NCBI RefSeq assembly: GCF_026210795.1
Contig: NC_089429.1
Location: 3,410,001-3,474,000 of the forward strand
Length of the DNA stretch: 64,000 nt
Origin: Rhizophagus irregularis
Lineage: Eukaryota
Direction: 5' to 3'
Shown here: piece after piece, positions 12,300-24,696 of the stretch
Numbering within the stretch: the stretch's first letter is position 1
How the letters are laid out: each line of letters starts with the position of its first letter
Program-made: the position numbers and the translations under genes
Notes under the pieces: generated by a model
Databases searched by the model: none
The model's input: only the letters and a program-made list of their open reading frames with translations
Told to the model about the DNA's origin: nothing

Positions 12300-13531
12300 T
12301 TGTCCGGAGCGTAGCGAAGGACTATTTATTGTACGGAACTAGATAAATTTGTAGTACCGGTTTAACCCATGTAATTTTTCCTTCCTTCCACCTACGTCAT
12401 TACCACAATTTCCTTTTTGAAACATAATGCCCCTGCTTATTTCCCTTTATACTTTTTATTTTTAGTAACATTGTATGCAATGTCCTTGATTACTTGATAA
12501 AGCAAAATGTATCATATTCATTATATAAAAAAAAAAAGACCCCGTATTTTAAAAAAATTTTGTCACGTCGCGTTACTCCGCGTATCACATCTGATAAGAT
12601 CAATAATCAAACAAATAAGTCACATGAAAAAAAAAAGTACTTTCCTATTTCCTTCGTCTTACCCTTCCCCTTACTTCTCTCACTTTTTCTGGTGTTTAGT
12701 TTCCTTGAGCGTGATATTTCAGGTTTTCATTTTTTTTTTCTTTAATTTTTTTATCTTAATGACCGGTTTTTAACATTTTTTTCTTTTTTAGGCATTGTTT
12801 GTTAGCCCTTTGGATACATAGAAACTTGGTGAGAACATCTGCAAATGTATTTTTTCGAATTTATTTATTCTAACAAAGCATTGTTAACATTCAATTTTTC
12901 TCTTTTTTTAGATGGTTGATGTTTAAAACAAAATACTGAAAGTTACCAGCAGCGCCAAGGAAAAATGGTTTTTTATGAATAAATTTTGGTGTAAACTTGG
13001 CCCTTTCAGACTTTTTTTTTTATTTTTCTTTTAATGAAATGTTACTAATAGTTCTTTTCTTTTTTTCTTTTGTAGGTGATTCTTTGAGTCTCTTGGACAT
13101 ATATTTTGGTAAGTGAAGTATTCTTTTTACTTAAATCAATTCTTTTAGCGAAATGTTTGCTAATATTTCATCTTCACTTTTTTTAGAGTCATCTGGACGC
13201 GTTAGATTTAGGTAAGATATTTTTTTTACTTTGTTATTTGTTTTAACAAAATAACGAAACTTTTACTAGTAACATTTTGTTTTATTACTTTTTTTTAGAC
13301 AGTTTCTTCAAATATCTATGGACATGAATTTCGGTAAGGTTGGAAATCCGGTTCTCCATAGATGCATTACGGTATGTGTTTAAATATTTTTTTTTTGTCT
13401 TTTTTTTTATTTTTAACAAAATGTAACGTCTGCTAATATTTTGTTTGTTTCTTTAGTTGCAGATTTTAGGCAGCTTTTGGGTGACGAAACGACTTATTGC
13501 TCCGGACTTACAACGGTTCCTGTTTCCCTAG
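12300..13531 (+). mobile_element. Non-autonomous Helitron2/Helentron-like element containing a micro-exon array
   Basis: Inserted between A and T with no TSD; ends CTAG; subterminal inverted repeat GTCCGGAGC (12302) / GCTCCGGAC (13499); 5' partial hairpin GTCC...GGAC; short 3' hairpin AACGG-TTC-CTGTT. Confidence 0.72.
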
Positions 13532-14603
13532 TAGTAGTAGGAGGAGAAGAAAGGCAAGATTCTAACTCATAAACTGAGAAGTCATTTGTAGGCGAAGGAG
13601 TAATATATCCATAGAGCAACTGATTATTAGAGTCAGGAATGGTGGTAGATTTTTGAATATCTTTATATCAATAGGGGATGTTACCAGGGGCGCGTTGTCC
13701 AACCAAATTATTATAATAAGCCTCCCAAGAGATTAAATGGATACCTTGTGGAGTTACAAGCTGAGATAAATAAAACAGCTGTCATTTACGTAGGATAGGA
13801 TAATAAGCTTTGAAAGCTTTGGGCGTCATGCATTCAAATAAAGAAATGTGACCATCAAGCAAAGATAGATTTGGGAGCTTCTACAGTTAAGTTTGAAGCA
13901 AATGAAAGGGAGTAGAATTCAAGAGAGCAATAGTGCATGCGATATAATCTTTCCTGAAAGAAAAAAGAGAAGATCATATAGACCAGTCCTTAATTAAAAG
14001 AAGAGAAATAGAAATCAAAAAAAAATATTGAAGTAAACGTATTCTATATATAAAAAGAGATTGCATAATAGAAGAAGAAGAATTAGCCATTAAAAATAAA
14101 TTAGTAATATGACATTGTCGTTGATGAGCGAACAAATTAATCAAGCCCAAAGCTTGAGATAAAAATAAAATAGGGTTGGGGAGAGAACGAGAAAAGTTAG
14201 CTTTTTGTTTAACAACAGAACGTATACTTTTTGTTATTAGGTGGCAATCGGACTCAGAGAGGTGAGTAACTTGCATCTGATATTCAAGCTTTGGTATAAG
14301 AATGGCATTATGTAAATACATGACTTGTTTGGCAGAGAGCTTTACAGGTCAAATAATCACAGCAAAGGAGTTACATTCACGTTTGAGTTGTTTCTTAACA
14401 AAATCATGGGAGCTGTTAATAGTGAACCAAACACCTAAAAAATGAAAAGAAGTCGTCATCGAAATTGGAGTAATAGTAATAGAAGGAACTCTATTAAGAA
14501 GGGATAACTCCAAATTAAAGGTAACAGAAGGAAGAGTAGAATTTGAAGATAAAGGAAGCGAATTGGTAATTAACACATATTTGTTTTAGTTGGCAAAGGT
14601 ATT

Positions 14604-15889
14604 TAAAGCTCCGCATGAGCCAGAGCCAGCTGCAAGAGCTGGCTCAAGCTTTTAATCTGTGCCATTGAGCTATTGGCGATTAAATTGGTTTAGATCGCAC
14701 CATGTAAACTGAAATGGCTCGAGCCGGTGATAGGCTCGGCTCAAAAAGCTCAAGCCAGTAATAGGCTCGGCTCAAAAAGCTCAAGCTGACTTGAGTTATC
14801 ATACAAAAAACGTTGCGAAAACGTTTTTTGTATAACATTATATTAAAAAAAACGTTTCGCAACGTTTTTTTTAATTCTTTAGTAAAAAACGTTGCGAAAA
14901 CGTTTTTTTTACTATATTATTTTAGAAAAAAATGTTTCGCAACATTTTTTTAAATTCTTTAGTAAAAAAACGTTGCGAAAACATTTTTTTTATCTAATAT
15001 TAGAAAAAAACGTTTCGCAACATTTTTCTAAATTCTTTAATAAAAAAACGTTGCGAAAATGTTTTTTTCACTATATTATATTAGAAAAAAATGTTTCGCA
15101 ACGTTTTTTTAAGTTCTTTAATAAAAAACGTTGCGAAAATGTTTTTTTCACTATATTATATTGGAAAAAACGTTTCGCAACGTTTTTTTAAGTTCTTTAA
15201 TAAAAAAATGTTGCGAAAACGTTTTTTCAGCTATATTATATTGGAAAAAACGTTTTGCAACGTTTTTTAAATTCTTTAGTAAAACGTTGTGAAAACGTTT
15301 TTCACTATATTATTTTAGAAAAAAACATTTTCGCAACGTTTTTTTAAATTCTTTAGTAAAAAAACGTTGCGAAAACATTTTTTTCACAATATTATATTAG
15401 AAAAAAACGTTTTGCAACGTTTTTTTAAGTTCTTTAATAAAAAAACGTTGTGAAAACATTTTTTTCACAATATTATATTAGAAAAAAACGTTTCGCAACA
15501 TTTTTTTAAGTTCTTTAATAAAAAAACGTTGCAAAAACATTTTTTTCACAATATTATATTAGAAAAAAACGTTTCGCAACATTTTTTTAAGTTCTTTAAT
15601 AAAAAAATGTTGCGAAAACGTTTTTTTCACAATATTATTTTAGAACAAAACGTTTCACAACGTTTTTTTTAATTCTTTAATAAAAAAATGTTGCGAAACG
15701 TTTTTCTGAAGATAAAGCTCGAGCGAAGCTTGAACTCGAGGCCATGAAAACTCGCGGTTCGCTCGGCGTTCACTTTAGCAGGCCTAAAATTTTTATGGCT
15801 CGGCTTATTCTGACTTAGGCCAGAATTTTTTTTTCGAGCTGAGGCTGAGCCCAGGTATCGGCGTCGGCTCGCCCACGTACGGAGCTTTA
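14604..15889. mobile_element. Non-autonomous hAT-type element with internal palindromic minisatellite
   Basis: TIR TAAAGCTCCG...CGGAGCTTTA; 8-bp TSD AAGGTATT/GAGGTATT (one mismatch); GAGCC/GGCTC subterminal repeats. Confidence 0.88.
14805..15710. repeat. Tandem repeat, about 77-bp unit, 11-12 copies
   Basis: Alternating AAAAAACGTTGCGAAAACGTTTTTT and its near reverse complement AAAAAACGTTTCGCAACGTTTTTT. Confidence 0.92.
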
Positions 15890-16471
15890 GAGGTATTATT
15901 AATCTGATAATATTCTTCTGTAATGGATAACATAGATTCCATGCTGGCTTTTGATGAGGAGACAAGAGTAAAGTCATCTATAAATACTAGATTATTAATC
16001 CGCAAATCAGGGGAAGAGTCTTGAAATACAGTTAAAGAGGGTGTAAAAAGAACATAAGGGTCTATCATTTTGTTCTTCAAAACAGTAAGTAAAGGATCAA
16101 TATAAATAATCCATAAAAGAGAAGAAATAACTTCATTTTGATCAATACCAATGCGAACCCTATAAGCAGGAGTAGATCCATGAGCAATGAAAATGCTATT
16201 ACACTAGTCAAAAACCAGGCAAACGTGGCATAGTAGCCTTTATCTTTATTAAATTTATTCGAACTTTGACAATTTACAAAAATAAAAAGAAAGATATAAA
16301 AATAAAACTAACTAAAAACAAAGCTATATAGTCTCCTAAGAAAAAATAAAGTAAAATATTAATCTAAAAAGAAAAATCGCATTACACTAAATTTCCCCAG
16401 ATCTTCCCCCTTGATATATTCCAACCAAAGTAGAAGCAACTATGCTAACAAAATAACGAATAGCGCGCCCA

Positions 16472-19400
16472 CTATAAAAATCGACACTCCATCCTGCAAA
16501 AGCTGTTATTAAGTAGCACCGTTAGATGACCCATAAAACCCGAAAAGTGATTAAACCAAGGCAAACCATATTTCATCGAGTTCTTCAACCAATCGGTTCC
16601 GGAGTCACGTGAATCGTGTAGGGTCGGAGGTGGTAAAGATGAGTAAGGTATGTACGTCGACAATGGCAGATTGGATGGCTTCAGAGTAGTTTTCAACTTA
16701 TAGGTAATATGCATCGCGTTTTCCCATCTACTTTTCTCATAAGAACGCGGATTCCAGATTCGTCTTCTGAATTTCTGGACAAAATTGTTATGAATAGCAG
16801 CGATGACTTTAATCGCAGAAGTTCTTGGAATGGATAAATCAACAAATAAGTCGATGAAGAGTTTGGGTAAGCAACCACGGATAAGGGCGAAGGAGGACCA
16901 ATTTGTAGAAAAAAAGGACCAGCATGAAAGAGAAGTAAGTTTAGCTATAAATGGAGTAGGATCAATATCAGCCAAATTGCTCGCTTTCAGAAGTTTGGAA
17001 ATCAAATGATTTTGATAAGATTGGAGAATTTGTTGCATAGGTAGACGTCGCTTTTTGCACATAAAAAGGTGCATCAGGTCTTCCATGCGGTCGATACAAG
17101 AACGGCAAGTTAATTCGTCCATGTATAAGTCTGGTCGGGTCCGTTTAAGCTTTTCCAGTGTAGGCAAATCATCCAAGAAAAGTTTGAATTTAAAGGTTAG
17201 GTGTCTTGAAGCGTGCTCAGGAGTAAAGGATGCATCATGAGAGGGCTTAAAATTTAAAGTGAACCAAGTAAGTTCCCAGTCAACAATATAATCTATATTA
17301 GTTGATAATAAAGAAATAAAGTGAAATCGCGTTAAGTTTAACAAATCGCGCATTAACTGCGTTTGATAATATTGTTTTAGAAGGTGTCACGGATTAAATT
17401 CACAAACAACATCATTGTCATAAATTAAGACAAAATCATGGGCAGAGGCCAGGTCCATTCCAGAGATCAAAATACTGGATGACGCGGTATGAGCAGTATT
17501 GGCCAAGGAGTCAGCAAAATCATTCAAGTAATTGCCAGAATGAGCTTTAACTTTGACGGGAAGGACAGTCAAATTTTTTGAGAGGATGGTTCGTTCGATA
17601 ATAGCCCAAAGTTCAAAATTTGTAGTTTTATAGTACAAACGACTATTTGAGTAGATAGAGGAAAAACAACTTCGAAGACCATCAATGGCAGTTTGCGAGT
17701 CAGTATAAATAGTAACTTCAGAGTCGCGTGGAGAAATAGTTAAAACTGCATAAATAGCAGCAGCCTCAGCTCGAGAAGAAGAGGGATTATCTCGTATGAG
17801 GCCGTGAGCATAAGTGGCGATAGAGTTAGGAAAACCTGCATCAGGGACTATTTGCATCCAAGACCAGCCCATAGAGACATCGGGAGTGCCTAAATTGATA
17901 AGAGACCCATCAGTGAAAAAGGTATAGCGCGAATCCAAGGAAACGACCAGCGGGGAATTTGCAAAGACAGCAGCAGCCGAGGATTCAATAGTGACAGGAG
18001 TATTAGGGGCTATAGCGGTATCTGCAGAAGAAGAATCGGAATCAAAATCCAATCTACTATAATAATGACAGACACCATCTTCTATATCAGCCCAGGTAAA
18101 AGGTGAAGTCACTTCAGAGGTAGTTCGTCTAATTCGTTCATTGGTAGTGGGCAAAATAAGCGAATGTTGTAAAGGGACCGTAGGCGTACAAAGGGTTAAA
18201 TCAGCATTCCGTTTTTTGGAAGGAGGCAAAGGAGTATGAGCAGCGCAACCAGGGCAAGGAGAAAGTCTAATAAGATCACCAGGCGAAGATTCACAATCAG
18301 GAGAAATCCAGTGAACAATAGAACAAGTACCACGACTTGCTTGGACTAAAAGTTGTTTGCCAAAAATGGGAGAACCATAATCGTCCAATGTGACAATCCA
18401 ATTTTTTGTAGTAGGAGGAGAAGATAAACAAGGAGTCAAATCATAAAAGGAAGAGTCAATCGTAGGCGTAAAATTAAACTGATCCATCAAACGATTATTG
18501 GAGTCAGGAATAGTGGTAGCATGTTGAATATCTTTGTACCAATAAGGGATACGGCCAGGGCCACGTCGTCCAACCAAATTGTCATAGTAAGCCTTCCAGG
18601 AAATTAAATGAGTTCCTTGGGGAGTAACAAGCTGAGATAAATAAAACAGTTGTCGTTTACGCAGGATGGGAAAATAGGCTTTAAAGTTTAAAGGCTTTAG
18701 GCGTCATGCATTCAAATAAAGGAACGCGTCCATCTATCAAGGACAAATTTGGAAGCTTCGATAATTGAGTGTGAAGCAACCGAAAAGGAGTAGAAGACAA
18801 GAGAGCAATAGTGCATGCGATATAATCTTTCTTGAAAGAAAATAGAGAAGACCATATAGACCAATCTTTAATTAAAAGGGGAGAAATAGGAATCAAAAAA
18901 TTATATTGAATTAAACTCAATCTATAAATAAAAAGAGATTGAATAAAAACAGAAGAAGAATTAGCCATTAAAAATAAATTAGTAATATGACATTGTCGTT
19001 GATGAGCAAACAAATTAATCAAGCCCAAGGCATGAGACAAAAATAAAATGGAATTAGGTAAAGAACGAGAAAAGTTTGCTTTATGCTTTACAACAGATCG
19101 TATACTTCTCGTTATTAGGTGACAATCAGATTCAGATAAGTGAGTAACTTGCATCCGGTATTCAAGTTTCGGTATAAGGACGGCATTATGTAAATACACA
19201 ACTTGTTTGGAAGAGAGCTTTGCAGGGCGAATAGTCGCTGCGAATAAGCAGCATTCACGTTTGAGTTGCTTTTTGACAAAATCCCGGGAACTTTTAATGT
19301 TGAACCAGACACCTAAAAAACGAAAAGAAGTTGTCATGGAAATTGGGGTAATAATAATGGAAGGAACACTATTTAAAGAGGATAAATCCAAATTAAAAGT

Positions 19401-22106
19401 AATAGGGGATATAACAGAATTCGAAGTCAAGGGCAACGAATTAGTAATTAACACATATTTGTTATGATTAGCGGAAGTGTTATTGATCTGATAAAATTCT
19501 TCAGTAATGGATAACATAAATTCCATGCCAGCTTTTGACGAGGAAATAAGAGTAGAGTCATCCATAAATGCTAAATTATTAATCTTCAAATCAAGAGAAG
19601 GACTTGGAGAATCAATTAAAGACGGTGTAGAAAGAACATAAGGGTCCATCATCTCATTCTTCAGAATAGTAAGTAAGGGATCAATATAAATGACCCATAA
19701 GAGAGGAGAAATAACTTCGCCTTGGTCAATGCCAATGCGAACCCTATAAGCAGGCGTAGATCCATGAGCAGTGAAAACGCGATTAGTGCGTTTCATAAAA
19801 AGTGAAAGGATGAACTTAACAGCGGAGGCTGGAAGACGTATACGTTCTAAAGCGAAACGTAACATCGTTAGATCAACTGAATCAAAAGCTTTAGAAATGT
19901 CTTGGGAAAGAATCCAAAGTGGGTTTTTGTTGACATCAGCATCATGGATAATAGATTCTAGAGTAATAATAGGGTCACGGCAAGAACCTCCAGGAAGACC
20001 AGCGAAGTTACCACCTTTAAGGACATGATGTGAAGCCATAATGGTAGAAAGGCGATTATAAAAAAGTTTGACAAGAGATTTCCTAATCACTTCAAGTAGA
20101 GTAATAGGGCGAGTATTTTTTAATTGACACTTCCATTCGTGAGGTTTGGGGATGGGAAAAACCATTGCTTGTCGCCATAAGTTAGGAATATCAGCTTTGG
20201 AAAGGCATGCTTGAATCAAAATGAGGAGTAAAGCTGAGGTACGAGATCCGAGATGTTTGAGCATTTCATAGGTAATCATGGAAGGACCAGAGGCTTTACC
20301 GTTAGGAGTAGAAGAAACGGTGGATAACCATTCATCAAGGGTAGGGGGATTCATTAAAGAATCATAGATGGAGGAGGACACATCATCCATAGGTTGATAG
20401 GCAGAAGACCATCTATCAGGTAGTGCATCAATAGATACAGGAGGAGTGGACTTTATAGGTACAAAGTTTTGGAAATGGTTAACAACAGCGTCATCTATGT
20501 CCTTAGGAGCAGTTAACAACTGAGGTTGAGAAGGATGGTCGATGAAGATACGGTCCAAAGTGATACGGCGACAGGTGCGAGAAAGCGCTGAATCAATAAA
20601 GGAGGAAAGGTCAGTTTCAAAATTATTATTCCTATCGTCCAAGTGAGCACGGATGGAGGAGTCTTGGAATTCTTTTTCTTGAAGTAAATGAAATCCCCGT
20701 AAGGATTTTGAAATATTGGATAAATCATCAAGAAGTGACTTGAAATTATCTTGTCGACATGATGAAAGAGAAAAGGGCAGAGTAGGAATGAAAGTAAAAA
20801 CTTTCTTATATAATTGAAGAATGTTTTGAAGTCGATGCAAATGTATAGACCACTTATGTTCATGAGCAGTAGAATAAGTTAAAGGATATTTGCGCAATAG
20901 ACGTATCGAATGCATTAGGCGATTTAAAAACCGATAATTTTGAGTTAAAATTTCCAGATCTTTAGGAACCTTAGGAGTATAATTATTGCCAACAGTAGAA
21001 GAAGGTAAAGTAACGTTGGCGGATTTAAGGATTCGCGATTGAAGATATTCGCACATCTGATTGATATGCCAGGAGGAAAAGGTTGATGGTGAAACATCAC
21101 ATAAGGCATCAGCTTTGTCAGCAAATTCTGTCCATTGAGTATCAGTTACAGAATCAAATTTGAAAACGCGACGGGTTTGGCGCTTAAATTGACGAGCGCG
21201 AGCCAATTTGGTAGAGGCAAAAAGTAAAGACATATCATAATATGTGATGACAGGGTTGTGATCAGATGTGCAGACGTCTTGAGCATTAAAAATACAGGCA
21301 GTAAGAGCAAATCCTTTGAGAAGAGGGCAGGACCATACATAATCAACACGAGTAATGTGGTCATTGCGTTGAAAGGTACCTAAAGAGTCGGAAAGATTAA
21401 TGGGTGTAAAATCTTTATAACCATGAGAAAGGAGATGAAAAAGTAATCGGTGTATATGTTTTGAAGCAATTTGAGGTTGATTAAAATAAATAGGATAATA
21501 TTTATCTAAATGCATATTAAAATCGCCACAAACAGCATGATAAAAACCAGCTTGTTTAGTAAGGATAAGTTGTTGAATAAGCAAATCAATAGTGTCAGTG
21601 CGCAGAACACTTTCAGCAGGGGGAGGGATATAAATAACAAATATACGCAATTTAACATTGCCTTTGAAATATAAATCAACAGAAAGCAGTCGTGAAGAAT
21701 GAGATTTAAAGTCTTGTACATGTGATGCAAGAGAATTTTCTATAAATAGGGAAACACCACCAGAAGAAAGAATTTGTATAGAAGTATCCAAATTCGAAGA
21801 AAACACAGTATAATTAGAAAGTCGTTTGGATAAAAACTTCATTTGTTTAGGGTGGATATGAGTATCAACAATACCGCCAAAGGAAATATGTTTTAGAGAA
21901 AAGAAGGTAGAAATCTCTTCTAATTTAGTCTGACCATGCATTTTAAGGCCATTGACATTAAAAGAGGAAATATTAAATGAATTGGGGATAGGAGAAGTGT
22001 TACTAGGAGAAGAAAATAATGATTCATGTGAAAAAAGTTCAGTAACATTATCGGGGTTGGGAGGGTTTCGTACAAAGGTGTCATAATTAAAATTATTGTC
22101 CGACAT
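16472..22106 (-). pseudogene. LINE ORF2: AP-endonuclease, reverse transcriptase, RNase H, C-terminal Cys/His knuckle; one frameshift and one nonsense codon
   Basis: APE motifs SFNVNGL, GDFN, SDH; RT motifs QDISKAFDSV, QGEVISPLL, LAFMDD; RNase H motifs FTDGS, SRAEAAA, YTDSQ, KVKAHSG, NDFAD; CRSC...EDLMHLFMC. 7-bp duplication near 18680 and CGA>TGA at 17387. Confidence 0.93.
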
Positions 22107-22156
22107 TAAAACACAATGATAAAAACAGTCGGGGAGATAAGATTTGAAGAAGAAAA

Positions 22157-24279
22157 TTAAATAGAAGAAGCTGAATCAGCTTGTTCTGGGGGGCACCACC
22201 AATGGAGCTAATGAATTGTTTGATATGACCAGTAAGTTGGTCCAATTTACTTTCAATAACGACTCTACTATTTTTGAGATCATTAATTTCTTCTTGCGTG
22301 GAGGAGATAGGGGTAAAAGGAGGAGCATTTGGAGAAAGGTGAGAAGAAGGAAGTGATGTGTCAGGGAATAATAGTGAATGTAGGCGAAGGTCGCGTTAAA
22401 ATGCTTTTGGGGGGCAGTGAAGATTTAGCGGAAGACTGAATATTAAGCGGAACATGAGTTACAGGGGCATCTTTGCATGAGGTCCGGTTCAGGTTCGTTG
22501 GGCGCAGGGAAGTGGATCGAGGCCAAGGTGTGATTCAATACGAGTCATCCGTTGGTCAGCAAGTTCAAGAGCGGAGATGCGTTTGTGAAAGTTGGCAACT
22601 TCACATTGTAATTCTCGCAAAAGGTTTAAAATGTTATTAGCATCATCAGGAGATAATGCAGAGTTAGGAGTTTGTCGGGGTAAAGGACGTGCTGTAGAAC
22701 GAGAGGAGGAAGAAAAGGAGACCGATCGTTCTTTGCTATTATGGCGGGCACGTTGAGAGGTATTGGGAGGGGGTTTGTTATGATTATTAGCATTATTAGT
22801 GCGGTCGTGGGAAACGTTATTGGCTCGTCCAGAATTGGAAACAGATCGATCTTTAGATTTGGAGCGAGATCGAGAGCGAGAACGTGCATTGGCAGTATTA
22901 GAATTGGAGCGATGAGGTTGATTAACATTAAATCGTTCTTTGAGTTTTGCAACGGGGTCGCGAGTGCGACTTCTACCTCTGGTTTGTTTGAGTGGGCAAA
23001 AATTTGGAGCACAACCTAATTTGCCACATCTGCGACAAAGTTTGTTAGTATTATCTGGGGAGGACCAGAAAAGCACTTTGCCTTGGAAGCTGACAGTCTG
23101 TTCCATAGCAGCATCCATGGTTTCTTGGGAATTGAAGGTGACATAAGCCCATCTTTTGGGCTTGTAAGAGTTTAGAGAAAGCGGCACATTGACAGCTTTA
23201 GCGCCGAAAGTACAGTAAGGGGAAGCCAAATTGATATCCTTAACATTGGGGGGAAGTTGGGTGAGGGTGGCAACGTATTGACGGCGCGCAGCCTTTTGAT
23301 CCACAGTATAAGAACATGGAGTAATTCTGAGGCAGGTGGAGAAACAGTACACAGCCTATTGGTCGGTAAAACGAGCAATAAAATCGGCGTGATCATAAAC
23401 AATGCGGGCTTGCTGAACTTTGGCATTAGGCCTGGAGAAAAGGCGGCAAGAGGTGATATTACCAAATTTCTTAAAATAAGCCATGAGGTTGTCTTTTTTA
23501 ATGAAGAAAGGGATATCGGTAACTTGGATAGCCCGGAGATCTTCATTGGATCGGAGTTGGCGAGGGTCATGTGCATAAAAGATTAAGTCAGGGAACTCGG
23601 GATGGGTGGAACCAACGCACAAATCGCGTGCTTCAGCTGTATGGAAGTGGATAACGAGGCGTTTGGCTTCACCAGAGCCAGTCATACGTGCTTTTCCAGT
23701 GAACGACTCGTAAGTTTCTAAAAAAAGGTTATTAACAGCCTCAATAAGGGCTTTGTTGGTAGGGAAATTCTTAAGAGATTCAGGGGCAGCATTCGGTGCA
23801 GCCGCAGCCTGAAAATCTTCTCTGGTTATGGCGAGGGTCACCACTGGATCTGGAGTATGATCGTCATCTGGAGCACCATTGGTATCCAAATTGGGTGACG
23901 CGTTAGGGGGTTGTTGCAAGTCTTTGTTTAAAGGTGCATGCATAGACGCGTCCACATTTCCAGAAGACGCGACGTGACTGGGCGCAGTTGGCGCAGCAGA
24001 TTTTTTCGGGGAGGAGGTCGAAGTATTTTCGCCAGAGATATTTTGTTGAGGAGAAGAGGAAAGTCCATCTACTCCAACGTCAGCCGTCTGGACATCGGCA
24101 ACGTAGTCTTCTTCCATAGAATTTTCGGTAATCATACGATTACGTTTCTGCTGGACAGTGTTTTCACCATCAGAGCTTGAGTTATCGGAGTTATTATTAT
24201 TTTTTCGTTCTTGACGGGAAGCTTTCCTACTATTAGGGTTATGACTTCCACGGCCTCTCTTGGCATAGTTACCAGACAT
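22157..24279 (-). pseudogene. LINE ORF1: RRM-like domains, Cys knuckle, RS-rich segment, coiled coil; disrupted
   Basis: RRM-like AIQVTDIP...FKKFGNI and LTQLPPN...WAYVTF; CRRCGKLGCAPNFC; in-frame TAG at 23356 and frameshift(s) near 22500. Confidence 0.82.
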
Positions 24280-24420
24280 AGTAGAGGGCTTTGAGTTGAG
24301 AATATATAAAATATAAAATTTTATTAGTAGTTTGTATTATTTTTTAAAAATAATAAAAAATATTTTTCGTCGAAAATTTCGTTTTTGAAAAATTCAGGAG
24401 AGAGTTACTACTGCATCATC

Positions 24421-24696
24421 AAAACCAATATAGTACAGTATACAGATATGTATTCGATATGTGTAGTATTAATGCAGAAAATCAGGTACCCGATATGTGT
24501 AAGATATGTGTAAATATATATATCGTTTACATATCGTATACATATCATATACATATCGGTACCCGATATGTATATGATATATATATTTACATATATCTTA
24601 CACATATCGGGTACCTGATTTTCTGCATTAATACTACACATATCGGGTACATATCTGATACATATCTGCTACCCGATATATTGGTTTTTGACCAGT
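24421..24696. mobile_element. Body and right end of the CACTG MITE that was split by LINE copy 3
   Basis: Fold-back sequence ending TTGGTTTTTGACCAGT (terminal G missing); its left TIR is 16202-16217. Confidence 0.85.

Larger units (their letters stand above)
16218..24420 (-). mobile_element. LINE family A copy 3, apparently full length (about 8.2 kb), L1-like with RNase H
   Basis: ORF1 plus ORF2; AAAACCA duplicated at 16211-16217 and 24421-24427; no poly(A) tail. Confidence 0.9.

Noticed and set aside
14892..15191. 99-aa basic/aromatic ORF
   Set aside because: Translation of a tandem repeat with no protein-like features.
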